Assembly (NCBI GenBank): GCA_041583775.1
Contig: JBFHFF010000002.1
Location: 64,274-128,273 of the forward strand
Origin: Candidatus Moraniibacteriota bacterium
GTDB taxonomy: Bacteria; Patescibacteriota; Minisyncoccia; Moranbacterales; DUUL01
Direction of reading: 5' to 3'
Length of the DNA: 64,000 bases
Shown: positions 1 to 10,779 of the stretch, one piece after another
Layout: each line of letters opens with the position of its first letter
Numbering within the stretch: the stretch's first letter is position 1
Program-made: the position numbers and the translations under genes
Notes under the pieces: model-generated
The model's input: the letters and a program-made list of their open reading frames with translations, nothing else
Told to the model about the DNA's origin: nothing
The model's database searches: none

Positions 1-2460
1 AAAATAGAAAGTGGCAGTATTGGCAAAATTCAAAATCGACCGCTTGTTCAAGAAATGGAAGAATCATACCTCTCTTATGCAATGAGTGTCATTGTTTCAA
101 GAGCACTACCTGATGTAAGAGATGGTCTAAAACCAGTTCAACGAAGAATTCTCTATGCTATGTGGAGACTTGGTTTAAAACATAGTGCAAAATATAGGAA
201 AAGTGCAACCGTGGTTGGTGAAGTTTTGGGTAAATATCATCCCCATGGTGATAGTTCCGTATATGAGGCAATGGTGAGAATGGCACAAGACTTTTCACTT
301 AGAGACCCCCTTGTTGATGGACAGGGAAATTTTGGCTCTATGGATGGCGATAGTGCTGCTGCGATGCGTTATACTGAAGCCAAATTAGCTCCACTTTCAT
401 CAGAAATTCTTATAGATATAGATAGGGAGACAATTCCTTGGGTTGACAACTATGATGGATCTAGAAAAGAACCCTCTTATTTACCTTCAAAACTCCCTCA
501 GCTCTTAGTTAATGGCACAACTGGTATTGCGGTTGGAATGGCAACTAACATTCCACCTCATAATTTATCAGAAGTAATTGACGGTATTAATGCTTATATT
601 GAAAATCCTGACATATCTGTTGAGGAATTGGTTAAGAATCATATCAAAGGACCAGACTTCCCAACTTCAGGAATTATCTATAATCAGAATGACATTATTG
701 AAGCTTATACAACTGGACGCGGTGGAGTTGTGACACGCGCAAAAGCTGATATTATTGAAGATAGTAAGGGTAAATTTCAAATTATTATTTCAGAGATTAC
801 CTATCAAACAAATAAATCTACTTTAATTCAAAAAATAGCAAATCTAGTAAAAGATGCTAAGATTGACGGGATTCGTGATATCCGTGATGAATCCGACAAA
901 GAGGGTGTAAGAATTGCAATCGACCTAAAAAAAGATGCTTTTCCGAAAAAGATCCTAAACAAGCTATACTCGATGACAGAGTTACAAAAAAACTTCAATT
1001 TCAATATGCTTGCGCTTGTCAATGGAACCGATCCTAAAATTCTAAACTTAAAAGCTATTATTGAGCATTTTGTTGCACATCGACAGGATGTTGTTACAAA
1101 AAGAACGCAATTCGAACTCAATAAAGCAAAGGAAAGAGCTCATATCCTAGAAGGATTGAAAATAGCTCTTGATTTTATAGATGAGATTATCAAAACAATT
1201 AAAAAATCCAAAACTAAAGAAGAGGCTCATGCTAATCTAATTAGGGATTTTAAACTTTCCGACAAGCAAACAACTGCAATCTTGGAAATGAAACTACAAA
1301 CTCTATCCGGACTAGAAAGAAAAAAGATCGAAGATGAGCTGATAGAGAAATTGGCGTTCATTGCAGAAATGGAAGCTATTTTAAGTAATCCTAAAAAAAT
1401 TCTTGAAATAGTCTCAAACGAACTAACGGAATTAAAAGAGAAATTTGGAACGCCTAGAAAAACCAAGGTAGTAAATGGAGCTGTTGGCGACTTTTCTCAA
1501 GAAGATTTAATTCCAGATGAAGATACTATTATCAGTCTAACAGAGGATGGTTACATTAAAAGATTGCATCCTACAACATTCAAATCACAAAAACGAGGCG
1601 GAAAGGGTGTAATTGGAGGGTCCGTCAAGGATGGGGACTCTGTGGATAAAGTGTTAGGAAGTACAACTCACGATGATTTGTTTTTGTTTACAGACACTGG
1701 AAAAGTTTTCTGTCTAAAAGCATATGAGATTCCACTTTCTTCAAGAACAAGTAAGGGTCAGGCAATTGTAAACTTTTTACAAGTTTCACATGAAGAAAAA
1801 ATAACTTCTATTTTAGCTATTCCAAAAGATTCAAAAGCTCAATATATGGTCATGCAAACAGTTCTTGGAAAAATCAAAAAAACTTCCTTACAAGATTTTG
1901 CAAATGTAAGAAGAACCGGTTTGATAGCAATTAGTTTGACTAAGGGTGATTCTTTAAAATGGGTTGGCACAACATCTGGTGATGATAGTATTATAATTTG
2001 TACAAAAAACGCTCAATCTATAAAATTCTCAGAAAAAAATGTTAGGCCGATGGGAAGAAATGCCGCTGGTGTTCGTTCAATCAAACTTAAAGGTGATGAC
2101 CAAGTTGTTGGAATGAATGTTATCGGAAAAGAAGAGTCGGATAATCAAGAATTTTTGATTATCACTGAAAACGGATACGGCAAAAGAACTCCTACTAATA
2201 AATACAAACTCCAAACACGCGGTGGCTCTGGAATTATGACAGCAAATATAACAAGCAAAACTGGTAAAGTTTCCGCTGCTCATGTGATTTCCAAGGGAAT
2301 TGAAGCTGATTTAATTACAAGTTCAAATAAAGGACAAATCATCAAGGTTCCTGTTCAAAGTATTTCTGTTTTAAACAGAGCAACACAAGGGGTAAGAATA
2401 ATGAAACTTAAAAGTGGTGAAAAAGTTTCAGCTTCAACTGTAATGCATTTTTCTATTTAA
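1..2460 (+). CDS. gyrA: DNA gyrase subunit A. 5' partial: the frame is open to base 1, so the ATG at 55 is internal
   Basis: Matches GyrA motifs: [44 protein letters not shown]-terminal beta-pinwheel repeats. The upstream frame ([18 protein letters not shown]) stays open to the window edge. Confidence 0.93.
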   Translation, partial: KIESGSIGKIQNRPLVQEMEESYLSYAMSVIVSRALPDVRDGLKPVQRRILYAMWRLGLKHSAKYRKSATVVGEVLGKYHPHGDSSVYEAMVRMAQDFSLRDPLVDGQGNFGSMDGDSAAAMRYTEAKLAPLSSEILIDIDRETIPWVDNYDGSRKEPSYLPSKLPQLLVNGTTGIAVGMATNIPPHNLSEVIDGINAYIENPDISVEELVKNHIKGPDFPTSGIIYNQNDIIEAYTTGRGGVVTRAKADIIEDSKGKFQIIISEITYQTNKSTLIQKIANLVKDAKIDGIRDIRDESDKEGVRIAIDLKKDAFPKKILNKLYSMTELQKNFNFNMLALVNGTDPKILNLKAIIEHFVAHRQDVVTKRTQFELNKAKERAHILEGLKIALDFIDEIIKTIKKSKTKEEAHANLIRDFKLSDKQTTAILEMKLQTLSGLERKKIEDELIEKLAFIAEMEAILSNPKKILEIVSNELTELKEKFGTPRKTKVVNGAVGDFSQEDLIPDEDTIISLTEDGYIKRLHPTTFKSQKRGGKGVIGGSVKDGDSVDKVLGSTTHDDLFLFTDTGKVFCLKAYEIPLSSRTSKGQAIVNFLQVSHEEKITSILAIPKDSKAQYMVMQTVLGKIKKTSLQDFANVRRTGLIAISLTKGDSLKWVGTTSGDDSIIICTKNAQSIKFSEKNVRPMGRNAAGVRSIKLKGDDQVVGMNVIGKEESDNQEFLIITENGYGKRTPTNKYKLQTRGGSGIMTANITSKTGKVSAAHVISKGIEADLITSSNKGQIIKVPVQSISVLNRATQGVRIMKLKSGEKVSASTVMHFSI

Positions 2461-2485
2461 ATAATCCACAAAAGATTAACAAAAA

Positions 2486-2512
2486 AACAAGGCTAATTGC
2501 CTTGTTTTTTTG
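2486..2512 (+). terminator. Rho-independent terminator after gyrA
   Basis: CAAGGC-taatt-GCCTTG stem followed by T7. Confidence 0.6.
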
Positions 2513-2595
2513 TTAATGCTATACTTTAAAATAGAAAAATAAAAATTATAAGGCAAAGGTTTGCTTTTTAGTTTTATTTACAAATTAAAATAAAA

Positions 2596-3942
2596 ATGAA
2601 AATGACTTATAAAAAAATAACAGGCTTTTTATTAATATCCCTGTTAACAACACTTCCATTTCTCTTTTCTGGTTGTGGCGATAAGGGTGTTATAGTTCCT
2701 TATGAAATGCCCTTGGAAATTTGGGGTGTTTTTGATGACTCAACTGCATTTGAAAAAATAAACGACGCATACGCGAATAAAAATCCTCGCATTTCTGAAG
2801 TAGTCTATAAAAAAATATCAAGCAACCCAGTAGAATTCGAGAAAGAGCTTGTAGATGCTTTTGCAAGTGGCAACGGTCCTGATATTTTCTTTTTCAACAA
2901 CTTATGGCTCAAAAAACATGAAAATAAAATAGCGGCTATGCCAGAGAGTGAACTTTATTTAACAAAACACAAAAACGAATTTGTTGATGTTGTTAATCAA
3001 GATTTTTTCAGAGGAAACCAGGTATTTGCCTTGCCTCTCTATTGTGACACATTAGCACTTTATTATAACAAAAATATTCTCAACCAAGCCGGTATAACTT
3101 CTCCACCAGCAACTTGGGATGACCTCGAAAAACAAACTAAAACTCTTACTAAAATTGATAAGTTTGGAAACATCACACAGTCAGCAATAGCCCTAGGAAG
3201 ATCGAAATCTCCAGGTGCAATAAATCGCTCCTCTGATATCTTAGTACTAATGATGTTGCAAAATGGCGCTCTTCTTAACGATGTGAAAGGAATTAATTTT
3301 ACTAAATCTGACACAAAGGGAAATCCTGGATTAAGTGCCCTTGAATTTTATTCACAATTTTCTCAAGCAAATTCAAATGTTTACACTTGGAATAATAAAA
3401 TGCATTATTCTGACGATGCATTTCAAGATGGTGAAGTCGCTATGATAATCGGGTATCCTTATAAATATGCTCAGCTAAAAAAAACATCTCCCAAATTAAA
3501 CTTTGAGATTGCGCCGATGCCTCAATTGAATATTAACAATAAGATCAATTTTGCAAATTATTGGGGATTAGCTGTTGCAAAAAACAAAGACATCTCTACT
3601 GATGCAAGCTATACTAATGCAGATAGAATTACTGAATCGTGGAATTATATTTCTTATTTGACAACCAAGCCGCTTGACCCAAAGAATGACCCACTGAAAG
3701 ATTATCTTGATGCAACAAATAAGGTTTCTGCAAGAAAAGATCTCATTGAAGAGCAAAAGAATGAAACTCCACGCGGAATTTTTGCAGAACAGGCTTTGAC
3801 AGCAAAGTCTTGGATAGTGCCGGATGAAATTGCAGCTGACGAGATTATGACTGACATAATCAACGAGGTTGCAAGTGGAGAATCTACTGCCAGAGACGCA
3901 ATCGGAAGAGCAACTGCCAGATTTGAAGCGATTTGGAAATAG
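2596..3942 (+). CDS. Extracellular solute-binding lipoprotein (ABC transporter SBP family 1, sugar-type)
   Basis: Signal peptide with lipobox LFSGC. MalE-like SBP_bac_1 segments (NGPDIFFF, ALPLYCDTLALYYNKN, TWDDL). Confidence 0.55.
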   Translation: MKMTYKKITGFLLISLLTTLPFLFSGCGDKGVIVPYEMPLEIWGVFDDSTAFEKINDAYANKNPRISEVVYKKISSNPVEFEKELVDAFASGNGPDIFFFNNLWLKKHENKIAAMPESELYLTKHKNEFVDVVNQDFFRGNQVFALPLYCDTLALYYNKNILNQAGITSPPATWDDLEKQTKTLTKIDKFGNITQSAIALGRSKSPGAINRSSDILVLMMLQNGALLNDVKGINFTKSDTKGNPGLSALEFYSQFSQANSNVYTWNNKMHYSDDAFQDGEVAMIIGYPYKYAQLKKTSPKLNFEIAPMPQLNINNKINFANYWGLAVAKNKDISTDASYTNADRITESWNYISYLTTKPLDPKNDPLKDYLDATNKVSARKDLIEEQKNETPRGIFAEQALTAKSWIVPDEIAADEIMTDIINEVASGESTARDAIGRATARFEAIWK

Positions 3943-4003
3943 AAAATTCAAAAGAAAAATTTACAAAAAATATTAATTCTTTATAACTGCTATTAATAAA
4001 AAA

Positions 4004-4636
4004 ATGAAATTAATTTTCTCAGCCATCTTTTTACTGATTCTTTTTTGCGCCCCATTTTCATTGAATTATGAAAAATTACAAATCAATTCGGCATCGGCTG
4101 GTCCCAACCTAACTCACGACTATCAAAATCCTTTGAGAGTAAATAGTTTCACTAATTGGTTTGAGAATTTGTTAGTTAGTATCCAAGGAATTGTAGGATG
4201 GCTTGCAGTTATTATGATTATGGTTGGTGGAATAGTTTATATGACATCAGGTGGTTCACAAACGCAAGCATCAAGAGGTAAAGCTATAATAATAACTTCT
4301 CTTATTGGATTTGCAGTTGCTGTTGCAGCCCCATCTCTTTTAAGAGAAATAAGAGATCTTGCTGCTGCTGGAGCTGGCGGAGGATCTCCAAGCGTAATAG
4401 CCAGTGCAAAAACCATTCAAGAAATCGTTACTGATGTAATGAATTTTCTATTAGCTCTTATAGGAGTTCTTGCTCTTATTAGTTTTGTGTATGGAGGCTT
4501 TACTTATATAACTTCCGATGGGGATCAAGCCAAGGCAGATAAAGGAAAATCTGTAGTAACCTATTCTATTATAGCAGTTTGTGTAGCTGGTGCTTCCTTA
4601 ATTATTCTAAGGCAAGTGTTGTTAATCCTAGGTTAA
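4004..4636 (+). CDS. VirB2/TrbC-like (CPR T4SS-pilin-like) small membrane protein with two tandem pilin modules
   Basis: N-terminal signal. Two copies of hydrophobic helix - YMTSGG/YITSDG - K/A-rich loop (QASRGK / KADKGK) - second hydrophobic helix. Confidence 0.5.
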   Translation: MKLIFSAIFLLILFCAPFSLNYEKLQINSASAGPNLTHDYQNPLRVNSFTNWFENLLVSIQGIVGWLAVIMIMVGGIVYMTSGGSQTQASRGKAIIITSLIGFAVAVAAPSLLREIRDLAAAGAGGGSPSVIASAKTIQEIVTDVMNFLLALIGVLALISFVYGGFTYITSDGDQAKADKGKSVVTYSIIAVCVAGASLIILRQVLLILG

Positions 4637-4660
4637 ACCTTGTTATAAATAAACCATCTT

Positions 4661-6271
4661 TTGATGAAAAAGATATTTTCAAAAATCTCCTCCAAAACAA
4701 ACGAGGACAAACTTTTTACATTTGCAAATTTTTTATTCTGGCTAACAATTTTCATCACTTTTTTTGTTCTGGGAATTTCCAATCTTGACCCCGATCTTCC
4801 TTGGCACCTAAAAGTTGGTCAAGACATCTTGCAAAGTGGTCAAATTCCCACTATTGAACAGTATGTTTTTCCAACTTTCGGCGAACATTGGGTTGATCAT
4901 GAATGGCTGAGTAATTTGTTGTTATTTTTAATATACAATCTTTTCGGTAAATTTGGTTATTGGTTTTTAGGTTTCTTCTTTGCAGCAACTGCAACTTTGA
5001 CGCTTATTTTAATCTCAGAAACAACTAAAAAATATTTTCTTCCTAAATTTTATAATTGGGATTTCTTTTTTCTCAATTCATCGTTTACAATCCTTGGAAT
5101 TTTCGCACTATTCCGTTCATATGGAATAAGGCTTCAAGTTATTACTTGGCTTTTTTTTGTATTGTGTTTTATTTTTTACTTAAAAATTTCCAAAGAAAAG
5201 AAGTGGCAGTACCTAATTATTTATCCATTTTTTTTCTGTCTCTGGGCAAATATGCATGGAACATTTGTTTTGGGACTTGCAATTTCTTTATTTCTTTTAG
5301 CACTTCTTTTTTGGCAAAATAAAAATAATTCTATTCGCATAAAAATTATTTTTTCAGCCCTCGCTACAATACTTGCAACATTTTTAACACCATATAATTT
5401 TGAACTTTGGAAACTAATCGCTGGCGAATATACTCAAAACACTTCCTATCTTATTAGAATTTTTGAATGGTTACCTTTATATGCAGCTCCTTTCATCGAA
5501 TGGTATTCTACTTTTTACATTTCAATTATAATTTTCGTTATCTTGCTTTCTATAGTTCTAAAAAAGATTCCGAGAAAAATAAATGTATTTTTATACTATG
5601 GATTTATTTGTTTTATTTTATTTTTATCTATTAAGGCTCGTCGTTTCATCCCCATGTTTGTTTTGTGTTCAATTCCCTTGGCAATCTTTATTGTTGCACA
5701 AATTTTTAAGGAAAAAATTATTAAAAAATGGTTTGGTTTTTTAGTAATCCTAATTGCAGTCCCAATTATTGCTTATAAGATATTTTTCATTACCACTGTA
5801 CCTCTTGATTTATTAACTCAAAACACCCCTTTATCTCCATATAATGCTATGCTTTTTCTAAAAAACAATGCCTCTCTTGCTCAACACAATATCTATAACA
5901 AATACGGTTGGGGTGGTTATTTGGTTTTTATGTGGCCAGAAAAATTACATTTTATTGATGGCCGAATGCCACAAAAACCACTTTCCGATGGGACATCTTT
6001 TATAGACGAATATTTTAAATTTAGAGAAAGCGAAATTATATCGAAAGAAAAATTGGCGCAATATGATATCCAAGTTGTTTTAATCGAAAAAGAATATCGG
6101 ATCAAAGAAATGTTTTCTCCTTTTGAAACTTTTGCTCTAGAAAAACTTTTTTCGATTAATCTTGAAGAGTTTGATGAACCAGATTATTTAAGAGAGTATT
6201 TGGAAAAAAACTGGAAAAAAGTTTATACTGATGAAATTAGCATAGTGTACACAAGTCCAGAAATAGAATAA
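4661..6271 (+). CDS. Large polytopic membrane protein (about 12-14 TM helices plus C-terminal soluble domain); possibly a glycosyltransferase-like (PMT/ArnT-type) membrane enzyme
   Basis: 536 aa with many hydrophobic segments and a hydrophilic C-terminal 140 aa. No catalytic motif confidently recognised. Confidence 0.35.
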   Translation: MMKKIFSKISSKTNEDKLFTFANFLFWLTIFITFFVLGISNLDPDLPWHLKVGQDILQSGQIPTIEQYVFPTFGEHWVDHEWLSNLLLFLIYNLFGKFGYWFLGFFFAATATLTLILISETTKKYFLPKFYNWDFFFLNSSFTILGIFALFRSYGIRLQVITWLFFVLCFIFYLKISKEKKWQYLIIYPFFFCLWANMHGTFVLGLAISLFLLALLFWQNKNNSIRIKIIFSALATILATFLTPYNFELWKLIAGEYTQNTSYLIRIFEWLPLYAAPFIEWYSTFYISIIIFVILLSIVLKKIPRKINVFLYYGFICFILFLSIKARRFIPMFVLCSIPLAIFIVAQIFKEKIIKKWFGFLVILIAVPIIAYKIFFITTVPLDLLTQNTPLSPYNAMLFLKNNASLAQHNIYNKYGWGGYLVFMWPEKLHFIDGRMPQKPLSDGTSFIDEYFKFRESEIISKEKLAQYDIQVVLIEKEYRIKEMFSPFETFALEKLFSINLEEFDEPDYLREYLEKNWKKVYTDEISIVYTSPEIE

Positions 6272-6344
6272 TCCAATTCATTTTCACAAATTTAAAAATT
6301 TGTGCTATACTAAAAATGAAAATAACTTTTAGTTAAAATAAAAA

Positions 6345-6977
6345 GTGAAAAAGAAAAAGTTTTTAATATACATAGCCTTTGTTATGATGCTTTTTTTGTT
6401 TTTCGGTTTTAATAATGTTTTAGCTACTACCTATAGCTCCGCTAGTGACCCAGGGGGCTTTAACAATCCAATTGGCGTTTCAGATGATATTACTGCTTTC
6501 TTTGAAGCAGTAATGGTTCACTTACAAGGAATCATTGCCTTTGTAGCTGTTATGTTTATTATTATTGGTGGAATTTTATATATGTCATCTGGAGGAAATC
6601 AAGCAATGGCAACTGCTGGAAAAATTTGTATTACTAGTGCGATTATTGGATTTGCTTTAGCTGCTGCCGGACCTTCGTTTTTATATCAAATAAAGTTTTC
6701 TGTTTATGGTGATGTAAATGCTGCCGTTCCTACAAGCATTAATGCGGCACCAACTGTCATCCAGATAGTTGAACGAGTCACAACATTCCTCTTGTCAATC
6801 GTTGGTATTATTGGTATAATTGGGTTAACAATTAGTGGTTTATTATATTTATTTGCAGCAGGAGATAGTTCCCAATCACAAAAAGCAAAGGAGGCTATTA
6901 AGTATTCTATCGGCGGGATTGTAGTGGCTGGGGCTGCTTTAATAATAATAAGACAGATAGTGCTTTTTTTCACATAA
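6345..6977 (+). CDS. VirB2/TrbC-like pilin-family protein with two tandem modules (paralog of 4004-4636)
   Basis: Signal peptide. Repeated helix-YMSSGGNQAMATAGK-helix and helix-AAGDSSQSQKAKEAIKYSIGGIVVAGA. Confidence 0.5.
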   Translation: MKKKKFLIYIAFVMMLFLFFGFNNVLATTYSSASDPGGFNNPIGVSDDITAFFEAVMVHLQGIIAFVAVMFIIIGGILYMSSGGNQAMATAGKICITSAIIGFALAAAGPSFLYQIKFSVYGDVNAAVPTSINAAPTVIQIVERVTTFLLSIVGIIGIIGLTISGLLYLFAAGDSSQSQKAKEAIKYSIGGIVVAGAALIIIRQIVLFFT

Positions 6978-7051
6978 AAGCCAAAAAGAAACAAAAAGAC
7001 ATATATATTATAGTTTAATAAAAAAATTAATCTAGAAAGGCGGGTGATAAA

Positions 7052-7423
7052 ATGAAATTAACAAAAAAACATGTTTTAGCATTTAGTGTGGCATTGGCAG
7101 TAATGGTTCTTCCATTAGTTGCTAGCGCTGGAGGTTTCCAAGTGACTCGAAATATGGGGACTACTGGACTAACAAACACTAGTGTTGCAAGGATTATTTT
7201 CACCGTTTTACAATGGTTGCTTCTAATCTTAACATTCTTAGCTGTTATGGGTTTTGTAATCTCTGGTATTATGTACATCACAGCTGGAGGATCCGATCGA
7301 GCTGATCAAGCAAGACAATGGCTTACTTATTCAATCATTGGTATCATCGTTGCTCTTTTAGGTTATGTTATGACAACCTTTATTAGCACAATTATTACTG
7401 GAACTGTTCAATTGCAGACTTGA
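7052..7423 (+). CDS. VirB2/TrbC-like mini-pilin
   Basis: Signal peptide, then helix - ITAGGSDRADQARQWLTYSIIGIIVALLGY - helix. Confidence 0.55.
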   Translation: MKLTKKHVLAFSVALAVMVLPLVASAGGFQVTRNMGTTGLTNTSVARIIFTVLQWLLLILTFLAVMGFVISGIMYITAGGSDRADQARQWLTYSIIGIIVALLGYVMTTFISTIITGTVQLQT

Positions 7424-7448
7424 TTCTGAAATTGACATTCAAATAAAA

Positions 7449-7484
7449 AATAACAAGTTTTTAAAAACTTGTTATTTTTTATTT
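7449..7484 (+). terminator. Rho-independent terminator
   Basis: ATAACAAGTTTTT/AAAAACTTGTTAT perfect hairpin followed by a T-run. Confidence 0.65.
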
Positions 7485-7520
7485 GTCTTGATATAATATT
7501 ATTAGATATATAGCCAAAAA

Positions 7521-7892
7521 ATGAAAATAAAAATGAAGAAAGGAGCTATAAAATTATTTACAAAATTCTCTTTATTGAATTTGTTTTTTATTCCAGTCCT
7601 TTCATTTGCTCAATTTGTTGTTGAAGAGGAAAGAGAAACTCCCTCAAAATTTGCACAACAAGGCCTGGAAACACTAAACAACACAGTTGCTGCCATTAAT
7701 GTTTTTTTGGGGCTTCTTTTTCTTTTTTCAATTATCGGACTTTTAATTGCTGGTGTTCGTTTTGTGATTGCAGGAGGAAGTGAAGAGATGTTGAATTCTG
7801 CTAGAACAATCTCTATGGCATCTGTTATGGGGATAATTTTTTCCCTTATTGGTTACATCCTTGTTAATTCCATTAAACATTTTGTTATTTAA
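7521..7892 (+). CDS. VirB2/TrbC-like mini-pilin
   Basis: Signal peptide. VIAGGSEEMLNSARTISMASVMGIIFSLIGY motif between two hydrophobic helices. Confidence 0.5.
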   Translation: MKIKMKKGAIKLFTKFSLLNLFFIPVLSFAQFVVEEERETPSKFAQQGLETLNNTVAAINVFLGLLFLFSIIGLLIAGVRFVIAGGSEEMLNSARTISMASVMGIIFSLIGYILVNSIKHFVI

Positions 7893-7893
7893 A

Positions 7894-8283
7894 ATGAAAA
7901 AAAATACAAAAAGAATTCTTGCAGTGTTGGTTTGTTTTTTGCCTTTTCTTATATTCTTTTTACAAACGATGCCAGCATCAGCATCATGGGGGGTTGGTTT
8001 GAATCTTGCAAGAGACAATTCAAACCTACCAGAAAACAGAGCAGAGAGCGTTATCTTTACCTTCCTGAACTGGCTTTTACTTATTTTCACACTCATTAGT
8101 GTAATTGCTTTTGTGATTGCCGGAATGATGTTTTTGACATCAGGAGGGAATACCCAACAGGCAGAAAAAGCAAAAAACTATGTCACTTATGCAATCATTG
8201 GTATCGCTGTTAGTTTGTCAGGGTATGTTATTATATCGTTTATTGCATCAACAATGGGTGGCACAGTTCAAACACAATACTAG
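7894..8283 (+). CDS. VirB2/TrbC-like mini-pilin; start moved to the internal ATG (MKKNTKRIL) to avoid overlap with the upstream gene
   Basis: Signal peptide. LTSGGNTQQAEKAKNYVTYAIIGIAVSLSGY. Confidence 0.5.
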   Translation: MKKNTKRILAVLVCFLPFLIFFLQTMPASASWGVGLNLARDNSNLPENRAESVIFTFLNWLLLIFTLISVIAFVIAGMMFLTSGGNTQQAEKAKNYVTYAIIGIAVSLSGYVIISFIASTMGGTVQTQY

Positions 8284-8311
8284 ATTATTTTATTTCTTCA
8301 AATATAAAAAT

Positions 8312-8689
8312 ATGTTAAAAAAAGTTTTCACCTTCACTTTTACCCTTACTGTTATTTTGGGAATTTGGTTTTTCATATCTCCCGCACAAGAAGTATTTGC
8401 AACTGGAATAACGATTCCAACAGGAACTGGTTTACCTGATCCATCAGATACAACGGGACAAGGACCAGTTGTTCAGGTTGCTGTTAATGTTATGCGCTGG
8501 ATATTAGCAATTTTCACACTTTTGGCTGTTATAGCTTTTGTTTATACAGGTTTTAAATATCTCACAACCATGGGGGATACCTACAAAGCAGAATCTGCAA
8601 AAAATTCATTAGTATATTCGATTATCGGAGTTGCGGTAACGGCCGGAGCTTTAATTTTGATCAATACGGTCGATGTTCTTTTGAGATAA
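8312..8689 (+). CDS. VirB2/TrbC-like mini-pilin; start at internal ATG (MLKKVFTF)
   Basis: Signal peptide. YLTTMGDTYKAESAKNSLVYSIIGVAVTAGAL. Confidence 0.45.
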   Translation: MLKKVFTFTFTLTVILGIWFFISPAQEVFATGITIPTGTGLPDPSDTTGQGPVVQVAVNVMRWILAIFTLLAVIAFVYTGFKYLTTMGDTYKAESAKNSLVYSIIGVAVTAGALILINTVDVLLR

Positions 8690-8710
8690 ACTTGATCTGA
8701 AAAATTGAAA

Positions 8711-8750
8711 AATAAAAAGGCCTGTCATCCATTTTGGACAACAGGCCTTT
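8711..8750. terminator. Bidirectional Rho-independent terminator between convergent genes
   Basis: AGGCCTGT...ACAGGCCT 8-bp stem, flanked by an A-run on the left (T-run on the minus strand) and TTT on the right. Confidence 0.55.
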
Positions 8751-8757
8751 GCAACTC

Positions 8758-9447
8758 TCAGAATTTTTGCAGATGGAAATATATGTGCCATATATCTCCA
8801 GGACTTCCCCCTTGTATGTAAATCTTGTGAGGGGCTCTTTTTTCAAACTTTAGCACATCTCCTTTAAGGAGTTGTGCTACCCTGTTTTCTGCCCCTAAAG
8901 AAGATAAGGGCATAGTATTTTTAAATACCAACATGGGGGGCTCGTTATCCAAGCCGAAGACAGCATTGCCAAATCTTCGGCCCAACGCATCCCCTTTTCC
9001 TTCTCTGGCCCTTATTAACTCAGCTCCAGGAAAGAGTATCTCCGCCTTCCTTTTTGTAGGGAAGATAAACCCTATAGGATAATTAAGAATGATTTCATTC
9101 TTATATCCATCAGGAATCCTTGGAATTTCATAAACCAAAATTCCAGAGACGGGAATAACTTTAAATCTGGAAACATACTGTCTTGGTTGCCAGAAATAAG
9201 CCCTATCATTTCCTAATCCCCAAAACATATACACAAGAAGTGCAATAGTTAGAATTTTCACAATGCCCCGGAAAGTGAACCAGCCAAAGATCTTGGACAA
9301 TAATCCCCAAATTTTTAGCCATAAATTTCTGAGACCTGAAACCGAAACTGGAATGCTTCCCTTAGAGATTGTGCTGCCATACTTCTTATAAACAAGTATG
9401 GCGCCAGCTGCAACGCCAGCTGCAACTATCTTAAGCTCCATTTCCAC
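8758..9447 (-). CDS. Membrane protein, hypothetical (possibly operonic partner of the SPFH protein)
   Basis: Two N-terminal TM segments. No recognised motif. Confidence 0.4.
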   Translation of the reverse strand: MEMELKIVAAGVAAGAILVYKKYGSTISKGSIPVSVSGLRNLWLKIWGLLSKIFGWFTFRGIVKILTIALLVYMFWGLGNDRAYFWQPRQYVSRFKVIPVSGILVYEIPRIPDGYKNEIILNYPIGFIFPTKRKAEILFPGAELIRAREGKGDALGRRFGNAVFGLDNEPPMLVFKNTMPLSSLGAENRVAQLLKGDVLKFEKRAPHKIYIQGGSPGDIWHIYFHLQKF

Positions 9448-9458
9448 TATAATCCCTC

Positions 9459-10541
9459 CTATTTAGTCTTTTTTTCTTCTAATGCATTCAGAATAGAATT
9501 AACGAATTTTCCGGCCTGCTCCTCTGTGGCCTCAATACCTGTTTTCTCTTTTAACATGTTGGCTATACCAGGAGGCAAGCCATACAGAATTGTATTAGAG
9601 GTTCCCTGAGCCATTTCCCTCAGAGTATACAAAACTTCAAGATAAGTTCCGTCGCCTTTAAGTGCCAATATTTTCTGAAACAAAACTTCTCTCGCCTCAG
9701 CGTCTCCTTGTCCCTCTAATATCTTCGCCTGCCTTGACCCTTCCGCTTTTATTATTGCAGCGGTTTTCTCGTAGCCGGCTATCTCTGGCGCTGAGATCGC
9801 TTTTTCTACAAGCTCTGGCAATGTGACCTTGTTAATTACAACAGACACATTCTGCAGTCCGGGCTGTAGAATTGGATTACCTTCTCCGCCCTCTCTATCG
9901 TCCCCTTCTTTCTGCTGCTTTGTTAGAAGTTTTTCTAACACAAACTCGCGAAGAGGAACAACTGTTATTTTAGAGTCCTCACCCTCATTTTTCTCTCTCA
10001 GAAAAACTGTCCCCTGTCTAGCTTCCACATAGGAGATACTTCCTAGTGTCTCCCTTACAACACCTAAGACAAAATCCTGAAAATGTTCCTTCAGTCCAGC
10101 CATATCTTTTGGATTTGGAGCATACTTGAGAGATTTAATCAAGTTCTCATAATCTTCTGGCCAGTTAAAATATAATGCTGTGTCAACAGTCATTGTTACC
10201 TGAGAATAAGTTTTTCGTTCCGTTACTATTCCTTCGGGCGTGTCTTTTTTGATCTCCAACACCTTACTGCTAGAGATCATCACTGTCGGATCAAGATCTA
10301 TCCTCACTTGCTCTTTTGGCCATTGCTGAAACCTCTCAAAAGGCCAGATAGCATAGGTCCAAGTTCCTGTAAAAACCCTACCTGTCGGTCTTTCCATGCG
10401 AAGTTTTATTGCTGTGTTTGCTGCTGGAATCGCAACAAACCAGAGGGCAATGAGAATTATCAGAATTACCAGCCCCCAAGATGAACCAAAGAAATAAAAT
10501 ACCGAAAAAATTCCTGCTGCTACCAATGTGTTAAGCCACAT
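9459..10541 (-). CDS. SPFH/band-7 (stomatin/prohibitin/HflKC-like) membrane protein
   Basis: N-terminal TM followed by an SPFH-like core and a C-terminal coiled region (AAIIKAEGSRQAKILEGQGDAEAREVL). Confidence 0.55.
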   Translation of the reverse strand: MWLNTLVAAGIFSVFYFFGSSWGLVILIILIALWFVAIPAANTAIKLRMERPTGRVFTGTWTYAIWPFERFQQWPKEQVRIDLDPTVMISSSKVLEIKKDTPEGIVTERKTYSQVTMTVDTALYFNWPEDYENLIKSLKYAPNPKDMAGLKEHFQDFVLGVVRETLGSISYVEARQGTVFLREKNEGEDSKITVVPLREFVLEKLLTKQQKEGDDREGGEGNPILQPGLQNVSVVINKVTLPELVEKAISAPEIAGYEKTAAIIKAEGSRQAKILEGQGDAEAREVLFQKILALKGDGTYLEVLYTLREMAQGTSNTILYGLPPGIANMLKEKTGIEATEEQAGKFVNSILNALEEKKTK

Positions 10542-10779
10542 AATAAACCTCCTTAGGGTTTACTAAAATTTTTGATCTATATAGATCCTCCACTCTTCAT
10601 GTTGTCAAAAAACCTTGCAAAAGCATATTTTTATAAATCGCTCTTACAATGTGCAATTATAACATTTTTTATATTTTTTGTCAATGAATAATTTCTTTAT
10701 TTTTCATATAAATACACCCTTTTCTTAAAACCCCTTTTGTTCTATACTAAAATTAAGCTTAAAAACAACAACCAAAAAA

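Noticed and set aside
4579-4788. 69-aa ORF overlapping the end of the pilin gene and the start of the membrane protein
   Set aside because: Out-of-frame overlap with two better-supported genes.
9823-10032. Antisense 69-aa ORF and other 60-125 aa ORFs nested inside longer genes on the opposite strand (e.g. 828-1121, 1227-1466, 3063-3314, 3568-3951, 6704-6994, 7027-7281, 7743-8096, 37030-37401)
   Set aside because: Fully embedded antisense to well-supported genes and compositionally biased. Typical shadow ORFs.
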